Source: Octopus sinensis (Eukaryota). Taken from it: a stretch of 64,000 bases of DNA. Under the pieces are notes generated by a model. It was given only the letters and a program-made list of their open reading frames with translations. It made no database searches and was not told where the DNA came from. The stretch spans positions 868,001-932,000 of the forward strand of contig NW_021829832.1 in assembly GCF_006345805.1 (NCBI RefSeq), in the 5' to 3' direction. Shown here in pieces: positions 41,601 through 53,636 of the stretch (position 1 is the stretch's first letter; the number at the start of each line of letters is the position of its first letter). A program made the translations under genes and the position numbers.

Positions 41601-42703
41601 TAGATTGAACAGAGAAATCACAACTTGAATCATTTCACCCAATCCCATTCGCATAAACTCTGCTCGGAGATGGTGGCGGAAATCCCATTCGTCAGGAGTT
41701 GCCACAATCGCATTAATAAGTTGAAGACAAATAGACTTAAAAATCCCCCATTAAAAGTAAACTCTCAATTGGGGATAGTTTTCTTGTCTTACCCCTTCCA
41801 TGATTGGTTTGAATCGCGGAATCTGTCTCTTCTGGGAAAAGACAGTCAAATCATTTAGCAATAAATTATGACTGGAATGGGTTAGAAGATGGTACCCGTT
41901 TGGATAAAGAGTGATTACTGCCAAGATTCGCATTACTTCAAAAGAAAGAGTCTCACATCCAAACTGTGTGCACTCAAACAGACTGCAGATAAAGTTTTTA
42001 AACGAAAAGGCTTCTTCGAGTCCATACTAATCTAAGTAACTGAGGACAACTCGAGAGTTTATGAATAATGAAATGCAGCGAACGGCTTCGATGGAACAGC
42101 CAATGTCCTTTGACCTAGTTTATCATCATTAATCACATTTTACGTGCTCTTTAATGCAACGTTGATTAGCAACTCCAGTCCTTCTCGTCCGAATGATTTG
42201 ATCCACCTGCAAGTCTCCACAATCTACACTGTGCCTAAGCTGATTGCTCTGCAAATTGACTCTTAGTTTTTTGAGCAAGTTCAGTTTTTTGTTGTGTTTC
42301 CAGTCCGCATTCTTTATCTCCTCAGTAATATTTTTTGGGTCAAATATTTCTAACTGGAAACATAGAATATTAATTGATACAGCCGTGGTCTGATGCTTAC
42401 TCAATCGTAGCATGTTAATCTTTTGCTCTATCGACTGGTCTCTGAGGGGCAGTCGTTTTTCGTTGGTCAGGTTCATTTCATCCTAAATTAACATTTTTAA
42501 ACTTAACCATTAGGTTTTCAAATTTATCGACAAGCTCTTCAACGCTCAGTTGAGTGAAATCATCTTCAATGTCACAAGTACTCTCACAAGTTTTGAGATC
42601 CTCGGTTTTTTTAATTCCACGTTTTTTCTTTACTCTCAAATTAAATTTCTATGGAGTTGATAATTTTTAGAATATTGAGTATCCGTACCTTTGAGTTCTC
42701 CAT
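38690..42703 (-). CDS. DIAPH: Diaphanous-related formin (GBD/FH3-FH1-FH2-DAD), multi-exon
   Basis: DEMNLTNEKRLPLRDQS (GBD); poly-proline FH1; KRLNWDK, LVDTKSSD, FPSEL (FH2); GIVDSLLESLKTGQAF...RRKRR (DAD). Start exon less certain. Confidence 0.92.
40325..40885 (-). repeat. Coding tandem repeat (about 30-39 nt unit) forming the FH1 domain
   Basis: About 17 MMGG(A/V)VPPPP(P) units, prolines almost all CCA. Confidence 0.95.
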
Positions 42704-43809
42704 GAGAGCCTAAATGGAGTCACTAAATACCAAAATTGTGTTGAATAATATCTATTTTCTGTCATGGAATTAATAAAGAGAAAATTAGGTTAATTAGGAC
42801 GAAAATATACCGAATTTTTAGTTTTAAAATTATTTATTTCATAAATATGATTGGACATAAAATTTTTAGAACAAATTAATATATAAAATGTTGCAAATCT
42901 CTCACGAAACAATCCGTTCTCGATAATTCAAGTAAATCAAGCTTTAGTTAATTTTTAAAATACATGGGCTGTTCTGCAGAATAAAAATTCGTCAGGTCCT
43001 CTCAACATCGTGAACAAAACTCAGTTGTCTCATACGCTCTAGAATTTTTTATTCAGTTAAGAACTGTCGGTCTAGAAACGGGAAACGTCTATATAGAATC
43101 ACGATTTTTCTTTTGAGGCGTGATATGTGTTAAGTTGGATGCATTTTCTCAGACACCTTCTCACCCATGAACTTCTTTCAACCTTTTGCACAAATATTCT
43201 AGGTATAAAAATCTAGAAAAGAATTCACTAAAAAACGAGAATGTAGTTATCCTGCTGAAGAGTATGTTATGGATGTTGGATTACGGCTGTCGTAGGTTCG
43301 ATTCAAAGAAAGCGACTTTTAGCTATGGTCAAGTCTTGTCAACGTTCTCCGCCCGCGAGGAAATGAGTCCTTTTGGCACGACAAAGTTTTAAAAAGGGGA
43401 TCTCCTATTTTTCATGATCAAATCATCAATAACAAATCTTCATTATGCATAAACCTTTGAAAAACAAATAAAGTGCAATCAGTGACAATAGGAAGCTACA
43501 AATGGGAGCTGGGAATATCATATTTTTAACACCTCTTTTTGGATACAAAAGTCTGTAAGGAAGTATTTTGGAAGTGTATGTTGATTGACACATACAACTC
43601 CTTCTTACGGTCTCTGCATTCGATTAACAAGTTATGACCATTGTTTATTCTTGGATTGCTATTATAATATGCAATTTGGGGGTTAATAAATAAATTGCCA
43701 CTGTTTAGTTATGCATAAATATGATTATAAAAGCACAAAATTTTGCACTTAATGAGCTAGCAAAGAACATTAAAGAGGCCTGAAGATCCTAAAAATAAAG
43801 ATAGGGGCA

Positions 43810-45780
43810 CCGTCCAAAACATAGAACTAGGTGATCCTGGCTTCTCTGAGGAAGGTCCTCATCTTTGCCCGGTGCTCCTCCCTAGTCCCGACACAATTTC
43901 TATGAGGGCGCGGTGGTGAAGTTTTAGGGCCTGTAGGCCCAAGGTTCTTTTCCAAAATTTCTTTAAATGAGGCGATGGATAGATGTTCATTCGGTCCTTG
44001 TAGTGCTTTCCGAAATCTTTCTTGAGTTTTTTCGATTTTTTCGCGGTTCGTTTCACTGACAAACTCTCCCCAAACCCCACAAGCATAACTAATGGAGGGT
44101 TCGATGTATTGCCGGTATATTGATTAGCGTGTGGGGAAGCTGATCCATTGTTTGCATTTTCGGAGGAACACTTTTAAGATGTTCAGTTTCTTCATGCAGC
44201 TGGAAGTAACATTTTCAACTTGTTGGGAAAAACACATATGACTATCGTAAGTCACGCCGAGGATTTTCTGGGATTTTTTAAAAAGGATTTCCATGTTGTT
44301 TAGATATAAGTTCACCACTATTTTCCCAAGCTTCCTTGCTGAAGTCATAAGCGTAGTGGCCGATTTTTCAGGACTCGTTGATAGTCGATTTATCGAGAGC
44401 CAACTTTCGAGATTGTGGAGGTAGTTCTGCATTTTGAGCTTGCCGTGTTCACCTCACGGCTCCGAGTAACAATTACAATATCGTCAGCGTATACGATTGA
44501 GTCTTTGTCGTTTGACAACGGGAGATCCGATAAGAATAAGTTAAAAAGAGCTGGCGAAAGGGGTGAGCCTTGAGGGACTCCGTTTGGAAAATATCGTGAC
44601 ATCGATTTTGTATTGTTTTGTTGGATAATGCCTCTTCGGCCGCTGAGGAAGTTAGCTAGCCACTTTTTCAGCTTTGGGTGAATTTCACTAAGGTATATTT
44701 TCCTGGTCAGTATTTTCCTGGGTACGTAGTAAAAAGTCTCATGAATATCCACTAAGCATATAACTGTTGTTTGGTTATACTGTTTGGCAGATAGTCCACC
44801 TGAATGAAGTTCGTCAAAGTGACAAGGTGCAAAGTGGTTGATTTACCACATTTAAATCCATGTTGAAAATACAAATCCGGGAGATATTGTTTGATGTGAT
44901 TGAGTATAAGTTTTTCCAGAACTTTGAATAGGACGCAGAGGAGAGAAATTGGCCTGTAGGACGCCGGGTTCTCTTTTGGTCTCCCTGGTTTCAGAATAGG
45001 ACGAATGTGTGCCATTTTCCACAATGTGGGTATTGCGTCGTTGTTTATAGAAAAGTTATAAATTTGACAAAGAGCTGATATTGCCACCAGTCCTAGGTTT
45101 TTCACCAGAATAGTAGGAATTCCGTCAGGTCCACAAGAGCCAGTGCTTCTTGAATTTCTGATAGTCTGAGACACCTCCTCATGGGTGAGGATAATCATGT
45201 CCCGACATCTTCGAGGTTCAACGACTTCAAACATGGTCCATCATATTTCCTGTAGGGGATGTTGCTGATCCCAGCGTAGAACTTTATCAGTTTGTTGATA
45301 AAGTGAGCCGCATTATCCTCACCCGATTTAAATCTCTCCGGGTTTGTGAATCTTCTTAGGGATGCCCATACTTTTGTTAGTGGGACCTCCGCATTTAATC
45401 CTCTGGCGAACTTTTCAGCCCTCCCGTACCGTTTGTCTTTTGCAGATTGTTCTATAACTTTATTCAGTAGTCTGATCCGATGCCGGTTATCTCTTGTAAG
45501 ATGAGAGCGAGTTCCGTTCCTCGATTAGAGGTAGAATCCTCGAAGGAAATTTACTTACTGGTTTTGGATAAATTTTCCTCATTTTTAAAAATGATTTTTT
45601 TCCAATCAAAATTGTTCGGTTAAAATGTTTGAGGGCGTTGTCGACCAAGTCAAAATCGTGTACATCAAAGTTAATCAGTGATTTGCCAATATAATGAGCA
45701 AATTTGGCCCAATCTGCGTGCTTGTAGTCGTATTTCAGGTTGGGGAACCCCTTTCTGAGGGGCGATTTGACTTGGAATCA
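43810..45780 (-). mobile_element. APE-type LINE RT copy, longer sister of 11781-12888
   Basis: DYKHADWAKF, GSCGPDGIP, YRPISLLCVLFKVLEK, GVPQGS, YADDI; shares frameshifts with the 11.8-kb copy. Confidence 0.9.
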
Positions 45781-45895
45781 ATGAATCAAGCATAGATTGT
45801 TATATTAGTTGTATAATAAAAACGAGTAAATAAAAAAGTTTAATAAAACGTGTAAACGCATAAATAATTTATCATTTGATTATTCAATACTGATT

Positions 45896-47441
45896 TATTG
45901 AGAAATGATGCCAAACTGCTGGATGGACTGGATAGTTACCGTTATTTGGGTGTATTGGAAAATAAGTTTAGTCAGGTTGTTAAAGAAGTTTTGAAAAATT
46001 TACGGATTGAGGTTCAACAACGTATCGAAAGATTGTCGAAGACGAAACTAAATTCGGTGAATTTGTTTAAGGCAATTAATGAACATGCTTTATCCTTGTA
46101 CAATTATTATATCGGCCTTCTGGATTTGGAACCGTCCGCTTTTGATGAAATTGACAAATTTGGCAGGAAGCTGTTAATGGATCTAAATATTCATATGAAA
46201 CCAGCCTGTAAGGAGAGGCTATATTTGCCGAGGGATAAACTTGGAAGAGGGCTTGCCTCGATTACCTTCAGGTCGGAAAAAATGCTGTTTGACTTTCGTG
46301 AAAATCTGGAGAGGCGAAAGTTAATCTCCCCAAGAAAGGCGGCAATTCTGTGGGCCGAGCAGAAAAGAAAGTCCCATATGGCCACGATCACAGAATTCCT
46401 GCATTGTAAATATGGAACGAACACCCAAGAAGAGATAACCAAATCACTGAATAGATTGCAGATTGATTCCTTACTGTCCAATATCAAGAAGAAAACACTT
46501 CACTCGAAGCTATTTGAATCCCTTGATGATAACAATTTTGATATTCAATCGTCTTCAACATGGCTTAAGAAAGGAAATATATCTCCTAAATCTGAAGCTA
46601 TGTTTTCATTTCTTCAAGACAGGAATATTTTTTTCAGAGACCCTAATTCAAAATGTCCACACTGTAAATCTTCCAATAAGACGGTTGATCACATGGCAAC
46701 TAGATGCAACAGGATGCTTAATTCGGATTATACGAGAAGACACACTGAAATTGTGAGATGCATCCACATGCACTTGTGCCGTAGATTTGGATTCAAAAAA
46801 TCCAGAAGACTGAAAAATCACTCTGTCCAGAGTATTATGTGCAACACCTTGGCAGAAATACGAGTTGATATAACAATTCCAACAGAGTTGAAAATTCAAT
46901 GTAACAAACCCGACATTTTCCTCTACGACAAAAGAGAGAACCTAATATGGCTTATTGAAGTGGGTCTGACTTCAATAGATAACCTAAAGAGTGTGGAAGT
47001 AGAAAACTGCACAAATACGACATTTTAGCTAGTGAATTACAATTGATTCACAAGGCTAAGGTGAAGATTGTGCCAATTGTCATTACGTGGGATGGAATCG
47101 TTTCAACAATCTACCGCAAGTACATGGAGCTCCTTGGGATTGAAGAACGTGTTCGGTCTTACATCCAGACTGTAACGCTGAAGGCCACTCTGGAGAGCAT
47201 GTTTGTCGAGTACAAACATGGCTTCAGTGACATTCTGGACTCTGCAAATTCCGTAAATAGGGACTGGCGGAAATATAATTTCTCTATGAAGATCAGCAAG
47301 TCCCTTAAGAGGCCCAGAGACTGCACGCACCAGGAGATTGAGGATCATGGCGGAGAAGATCAAAGTGGAGTTATGGGGAACTCGGGAAGCAAAAATTTGA
47401 GAGTCGTCTAATTATTAGTTTACCTTAATTACAATATTATG
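45896..47441 (+). mobile_element. 5'-truncated R4/Dong-like RLE retrotransposon with 13-bp TSD
   Basis: YRYLG, RLYLPRDKLGRGL, CPHC...VDHMATRC (CCHC), NKPDI...IEVG (RLE); 1-bp frameshift near 47010; TTCAATACTGATT at 45883-45895 and 47442-47454. Confidence 0.9.
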
Positions 47442-47829
47442 TTCAATACTGATTGTGATGATAAATCAAATACAGACTAAACTGTTTAGTGGTACGGTGA
47501 CTAGTTTTGCTTAAGTCATGGAACAAGACGACAAATCACCGCTGGATACTGATTTGGAGTTTCATCAAGATCAATTCCGTCAAATAATGTCAAAAATAAA
47601 CTTGAAAAACATTCCACGGTACTTGTCGTGGATCGAGACGAAAATTATTCAATACAAATATATATTCGAAATTAGAGATCCCCCTTCTCCCAAAGCACAT
47701 CATGAAAATTCACAACCCAACAAACCCAAAAAGAAAATTTGTTCCAATTGTCAATTATCGAGATTCACTTAGATGTTTATTGACTTATTCAAACATGTGG
47801 TAATTCAGATTTTGATTTTTTGTACTATG

Positions 47830-48125
47830 CCTTTTTTTTATCAAAAAGTTTAATTAGCAGCAGAGGATAAGATGGAATGGCAATTCCCACGCAAGATGGC
47901 TATTGATATGCGTTGGGAAAACCATGTCCGTTCTCGATAATCGTTTCTCCTTCTAGTTGCCAAATCCCACAGTTTAATAAGGAATTTTTTAGTTCTGGGA
48001 CCGAGGACTCCCGACGTCTCCACTGCGATCGGGTCAAAGATATGCCGGTGCAATAATGCACTGTATTTCTTGACTTTTAATGTTTCCGCCAGGTTAGCTG
48101 CGGAGCCCGGGACTGCGGCTGACAT
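47830..48125 (-). mobile_element. CRE-clade 3' fragment (subfamily C)
   Basis: ETLKVKKYSAL...FDPIAVETSGVLG...WFSQRISIAILRGNCHSIL*. Confidence 0.85.
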
Positions 48126-48699
48126 AATTCTAGATTTTAATTGTTCTGTTATTTAATATTTCACTTTTCCTTCTGATAGGACAGTGGGATTGTCTAAGGC
48201 TGGTAATATTCCCTTTACTGAATAATTGCTAGTTTTACTAATTAGATGGGATTCTTGTTAGACTGAACTTGCCAACATAAATCGAGAGTGTCACATTTGA
48301 CAAAATATAGAGTATTTCATTTATAAGTATGAAGAGCAACGTGCTAATTAGCATGTGTGCTTTACCTAAAAATCAGAATAACAAAAATATTATTAATAAT
48401 ATACCAGGATGGACAACCGCATTAGAGAGGCAGACGTCCGATATACAGAACACCGTTCTGTCCATTGCAGAAGGGATTGAGTGCACGACCCGGGAGGACT
48501 GGGTTAAATCCGTCTTTCACAAGTGTTGGGAAAAGCTTCCAGGAATGGGTGGCCTAGCCTGCTTCAGTGCTTCAATAGGCGCTTTATCTCGAAATTATCG
48601 TTGAATACACTGAAGAAGCTGGCCAAGACCCCTCATTAAGTTGCATTAAGTTGAATATCTTCATTTTCGAGATCGCGTAATATATTGCGTAATAGATTA

Positions 48700-50060
48700 T
48701 ACAATTTTGGGAGGTTCCTAGATGTGAGTATATGGGGGTAATCATTATGCAGACAGAGGCAGGGCTGATCGCTTGTGTCTCTTTCTATGCTCGGCATCAA
48801 TTAGTCCTTTATGTTACATACCGAGGTTGGAAGCGGACATTGGCTCTGACCACGTGCCGCAAACGATGTTGATAAAGATGACTATGAATGTTACGGAGGA
48901 CTTCTTCATTAGTTACAACCTCGTGAATATGAACTGGAGTTTATTCGAATCATATTTGCGGGATTCTCTTCGAAATGTCGTGTCCCGGCCTCTGAGAAGC
49001 AGAGATGATATTGACAATCTCGATGATCACCTTAGATCGTCAATCATAAAATTCCTGGATGTTTATGCATCAAAAAATGTATGGAAACCCAAAAGAACGC
49101 AAAAGCGGATGAATTCGAAACTTGTCACTCTGATCAGAACGAAAGGTACCCTGGAAAATCCCTGGAGAAGATGTCGGGTTGAGTCAATCAAATGCCGCCT
49201 GAAATTGGAGATCGACAAGATAAAATCTACTATTGCAAAAATGGCCAAGACTGAGGTCGAAAGTAAATGGAGGTCTGAATGCAGAAAACTGGATAAGCGA
49301 AACCCTAATTTCTGGAAAGCATATCAACGCCTTACCAGAAATGATGCCAAAGGATTTGAAATTTCACTAAAAGAACCAGACGGGAAATATATCTCCTCTG
49401 ATTGTATTCCGGAAGTACTCAGGAACCAACTTAGTCAGGTTCAAGAGGTCGAATCTACCGTTCCACGAGGGACTTATGACCGAATTGTGAAGAAGCTTGG
49501 CTCTTCGCAATTATCGGAGGGACCATTATGTGGGGCGATAACACAGGAAGAGGTTGAAAGGGCAATTGCTGGGTTGAAGAACAAGGCGCCTGGCTTCGAC
49601 TACATCCCTCTGAAGTTGTTAAAGAAGGCCCCTGAAATCTTGATACGAGCATTGACTATGTTGTTTCACGCCAGCTGGACGTTCGGACACCTTCCATCGG
49701 CGTGGAAGCATACGATTGTTCGAATGATTCCAAAATCTGGTAAATCGACACTGCTGGCACAGAACTACCGGCCAATTAGCCTCATTTGTGCTTTCTCTAA
49801 GACAATGGAAAAGATTGTCTTTAACAGACTCTCTGGTCATATAGAATCACAAAATTTGCTTTTACCCGAACAATGGGGATTTCGTGGAGGAAGATCCACA
49901 GGGGACTGCCTCAGGGAGTTAGAGAACCAATTATCCCGTGCTGACAGAAATAAAGCATAGCTAACTGTGGTGTGTCTAGATCTGGCCAAAGCCTTCGATA
50001 GCGTGTGGCGCCTGGGCCTACTCTCCAGAGTCCATGACATCGGAGCCGGGATCAGTACTA
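48700..50060 (+). mobile_element. APE-LINE fragment (endonuclease end to N-terminal RT)
   Basis: IGSDHVP, KNKAPGFDYI, NYRPISLICAFSKTMEK, QWGFRGGRST, LDLAKAFDSVW; truncated against the integrase element. Confidence 0.85.
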
Positions 50061-50111
50061 TTTTCTTTAACAGTATTGAATCCCGGAATCCCACGATATC
50101 TTTCGAACGGA

Positions 50112-52441
50112 CTAACACCTACAAAAAATATGAGACAATTTACCTGTGGAGGAGTGAGGAGTTTGATTGTATAAAAAAACAGCCTTTGAAACGTATTTTA
50201 CCCACTCCTCTTTACTTTCCAAACTCATCATTTTCGATAAACTTCGTGTGATCGTCTGGTTGAATCTCTCCACAATCCCTTGACTTTGCGGATTGTTTGG
50301 CCTTCCATGTATTTGAGTCACATTATAGTCCAGAGGTTTCCAAGCTTTTTTTTAACGCGCCTCCCTTAGAGAAAAAGTACAATCTTGCGCCTCCCTTTAT
50401 ATTCCATAATATAATACAATTATTATTTATATATCAAAAACAATTTTTTAAAACAAAGTTAATGAGATAATTTTTTTTCCATCTTGGCGCAAAGTTTTTC
50501 AAATCTGGTGTCATCGCAGAGAGTGCTACTCTTAGCTCATTAGTCACTACTAAACGAGTTCGATATTTAGATTTAATTGCAGCTAGTGCAAAATCCAGTT
50601 TCGCATAAATATGAAGTAAATGGCAACAAAACTTTCATTGCTTTATTCGACAAAATTTCATATTCCGTTCTTACATTCAACCAACAAAAATTAGCGGTTC
50701 TCTCTCAAATTTTTGTTTCAATAATGTATCGCATGACAATTCTATCAATTTTTTCTTTTCAAAAGTTGTCAATGCAAATTGATTATCTTCTTCATCAATA
50801 AATGGATTCTGTATCCATTCGAACATTTTACAGTCGAGATCTTTAAAATAGTGAGCAAAATGCTTCAACAAACAATCCAAATGTTCAGCAAATGTCTTTG
50901 TTTGCTTCAATGTTCACTATGGCGCAAAAGGTGTTTAAAAGTGGAAACATGTCATAGATATTTTTTTGTATATTTGATTTCCATAATACCATTTTTTTCA
51001 TAAATGCTTTTATTTTGTCCTTTTGAGAGAATAAATGTAGTTGTGGTCCCTGCATTGATTTATTCAATATACTCAATTTCCCAAAAATGTCAACTAAAAG
51101 GCAAATTTGACAATAAAGTCATCATCCCTGAACAACTTTGCATCTTCAATATCATTTTCATCAAGAAAATCTGCAACTTGATCTTTGATTCAAACACCCT
51201 TCTAATCAAGTTTTTTTAAACGATTTCGTTTGGTTATCAAACTCTTCTAATTTTCTTTTAAAATTCTTCAGACTTATGGACATGTTCAGAATGCATCGTT
51301 TCAAAATGTCTTCTTAATTTGCATGGCCTCATACTATCTGCTGCAAGTGTTTTGAGGCAAAGCAAACAGAGGGTTTTTCCATAGAATCAACAAAGATACG
51401 TGTGAATCCTAACAATAAGTAAGATGGAAAGTATTTTCTTGTCTTTGGAGTGGTATTGATTATTCCAATCATTTTGATTTTTTGAACCATCGTCAAAATC
51501 TTATTATTCGTGAATTTTCTTTTGCAACCACTCAAGAATTTATTCATGTGTTAAAATTATTTAATTGTCTAATAAATTAAATAAATTTTTGAAAAAATAT
51601 AATTTTTAAATTAATAACTCTTATTATCGGAATATAGTCACTTTTTTACATAGATATAATTTTCTAAAAAATGTTTCTGAAATACTTTTCGCGCCTCCCT
51701 TGACACGAGTCAACGCCTCCCTAGGGAGGCGCGCCTCCCCATTTGGAAACCTCTGTTATAGTCTGTCATAAATTTGTCATGTGAATGTTCTTGAACTCTG
51801 TTCCGTTGTCCGATTGCAAATATTTAGAAATTTCTTCTAATTTTTCGGCCACTTCAAAACCACTTTTATTTAAGAGTTTTTTCGAAAAAGAATATTTCGA
51901 ATAAACGTCGACTACAGTAAGCAACCAAGAAAAATGATTATTTTGAACTTTAAATCTATAAAATAACAATAAAAAATAAAGACCTTTTAAGATCAATCAG
52001 ATCGACTTAAAATCTCTCATTAGGCGCATCGGCAACAATATGAGTTGAATCATCGTATTGTTTTAGTGGTACTGAGAATTGACAAATATTGCAATCTCTA
52101 ACAACTTCCCGAATGATCTCTCTTTTTATTGTATAAAATCTTCTCCTACAAAGAGCTTCCAATGCATTGTGTCCGCAATGATTGGCCTCATGAATCCCTC
52201 GAGCAATATTTTTCATTTCTTCAATGTTCGTGGACACAATGACGAGCTTGTGTAGCCCGTTTACATCCTTCAGATACAATTTCCCCTCAATTATTGTGAA
52301 ATTCTCTGCCTTTTTTTTCAGTCGATACTTCTTATGCTTGTGAAGATCGACATTCTCATTTTCAAGTATGGATTTTAGCAAATTGTATTCACCTTCATCT
52401 TTCACATGCAAACGCGTATACGAATGGCACACAAAAAACAA
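50112..52441 (-). mobile_element. Intron-containing rve-integrase gene (Ginger/TDD-like DNA transposon), disrupted by a hAT and a nonsense codon
   Basis: HHCC finger (HEANH...CNICQ), *VDLIDL, VVDVYSKY, LQSDNGTEF, HGRPNNPQSQGIVERFN; a 28-nt GT-AG intron restores the frame after IDLKR; no RT or gag nearby. Confidence 0.8.
50331..51755 (-). mobile_element. Second Buster-type hAT family, internally deleted
   Basis: TIRs CAGAGGTTTCCAA...TTGGAAACCTCTG; 8-bp TSD TTATAGTC at 50323-50330 and 51756-51763; YFPSYLLLGFT, LNKSMQG, WIQNPF and ELSCD transposase remnants. Confidence 0.9.
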
Positions 52442-52672
52442 AATTTATCTAACGTGAGTAATATTTTACATGATTTTTACCGCATTTTGATATGGTCTAT
52501 TTATTGCCGTATCTTTTTATCAGACTGTTCTTTTTTATTGATTAAATTAGACTGAACGGCTTCGCCATTCGCGAGGCTGGCCGGGTGTCTTGTGAGGCCA
52601 TTAATTAGCTTAGCTATCTTTTTACTTTTATAAATCAAAAATTATTAACTTACAAAAAGAAATATTAATTTA

Positions 52673-53378
52673 TGTCACCGTCCATACCGGTCGGGGCGCC
52701 AGATCGGTAACGTTCAAAATTTTTAATAAAAATTACCTTTCTGAGGTTATTTTCTTTTTTTGTTCATTACTTTTTTGATTTTAATATTTTTTCCGCCGAA
52801 ATTTTGAAGATACTGATTTGATTGAAAACCAACATACAGTGAACGGATAATTATTGTATTGACTTTTCATTTTATTTAAAAACGCATTAAGCAAGGTTAG
52901 CCAAACAAATCTCAACAATAAAATTAATTTAAAAAACTATGTACAATTTTTAAAATGTTTTAATCTTCTATTTTTATCATTAAAACTCTAGAGGCAAGTG
53001 GGAGGGATCGTGGAGATGGACCACAAGCATTTCACCGTACATACAGAAAGTGTGTGGGGTCACGGTCTGAACATCGTGAAAAGATGGCTAGACTGTTGAG
53101 AAGTGTCGGAATCACCTGAACACGTTAGTTAATGGTTAAGACGGTGATTCTGTTTTTGGCTTAAATAATAATAATAAAAAACAAACCGGCCTACGGCTTA
53201 AATAATAATAATAAAAAACAAATAATAATAATAAAAAACAGAACTTTTTTATTGATAAGTTTTTATTTTTTTATTGTCAATATTTTTTTGCAATGAAATG
53301 TTTTTTTCGAAAAATATTTTTTGTATTTAGATAATTGACATGACCGATCTGGCGCTCCGGCCGGTCTAGACGGTGACA
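52673..53378. mobile_element. Non-autonomous TIR element with TGT...ACA ends and 5-bp TSD
   Basis: 36-bp TIRs with 4 mismatches (TGTCACCGTC...GCGCCAGATCGGT); ATTTA on both flanks; no coding capacity. Confidence 0.75.
52995..53240 (+). mobile_element. 3' tip of a LINE related to the 11.8/43.8-kb family, nested in the TIR element
   Basis: RKCVGSRSEHREKMARLLRSVGIT* versus RNCVGTREEHRAKMRTFLREAGIT*; (AAT)n-A tail repeated three times. Confidence 0.7.
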
Positions 53379-53636
53379 ATTTATTTTAAAAAATATCAGC
53401 TAAATGTTACACATTTGAAGTTTTAAATAAATATGACAGCTATTTCTATTTCATTTTTAAAGCTTGGGTCAAGGTCGATAGATTGGCTTTGGTCTGCTTG
53501 GTTTGATAATTAGAAATTAAGACTTAAAAAAATATCGTTGTTTTAGACAAATATTTAATGTAAGCTTGTTTCTATTGATGTTAAAAATAAATACGTTAGA
53601 CATTATGGGATAAGCGTGTTACTATAGCAAGATTTA

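Noticed and set aside
43270-43295. tRNA gene (GGTTCGATTC B-box; also at 3457)
   Set aside because: No A-box, acceptor stem or cloverleaf.
42880-43400. Gene divergent from the formin
   Set aside because: Only short broken frames with no recognisable motif.
47518-47772. 84-aa ORF ending in KKICSNCQ
   Set aside because: Sits between two TEs with no introns or homology clue; may be a TE fragment, so not called.
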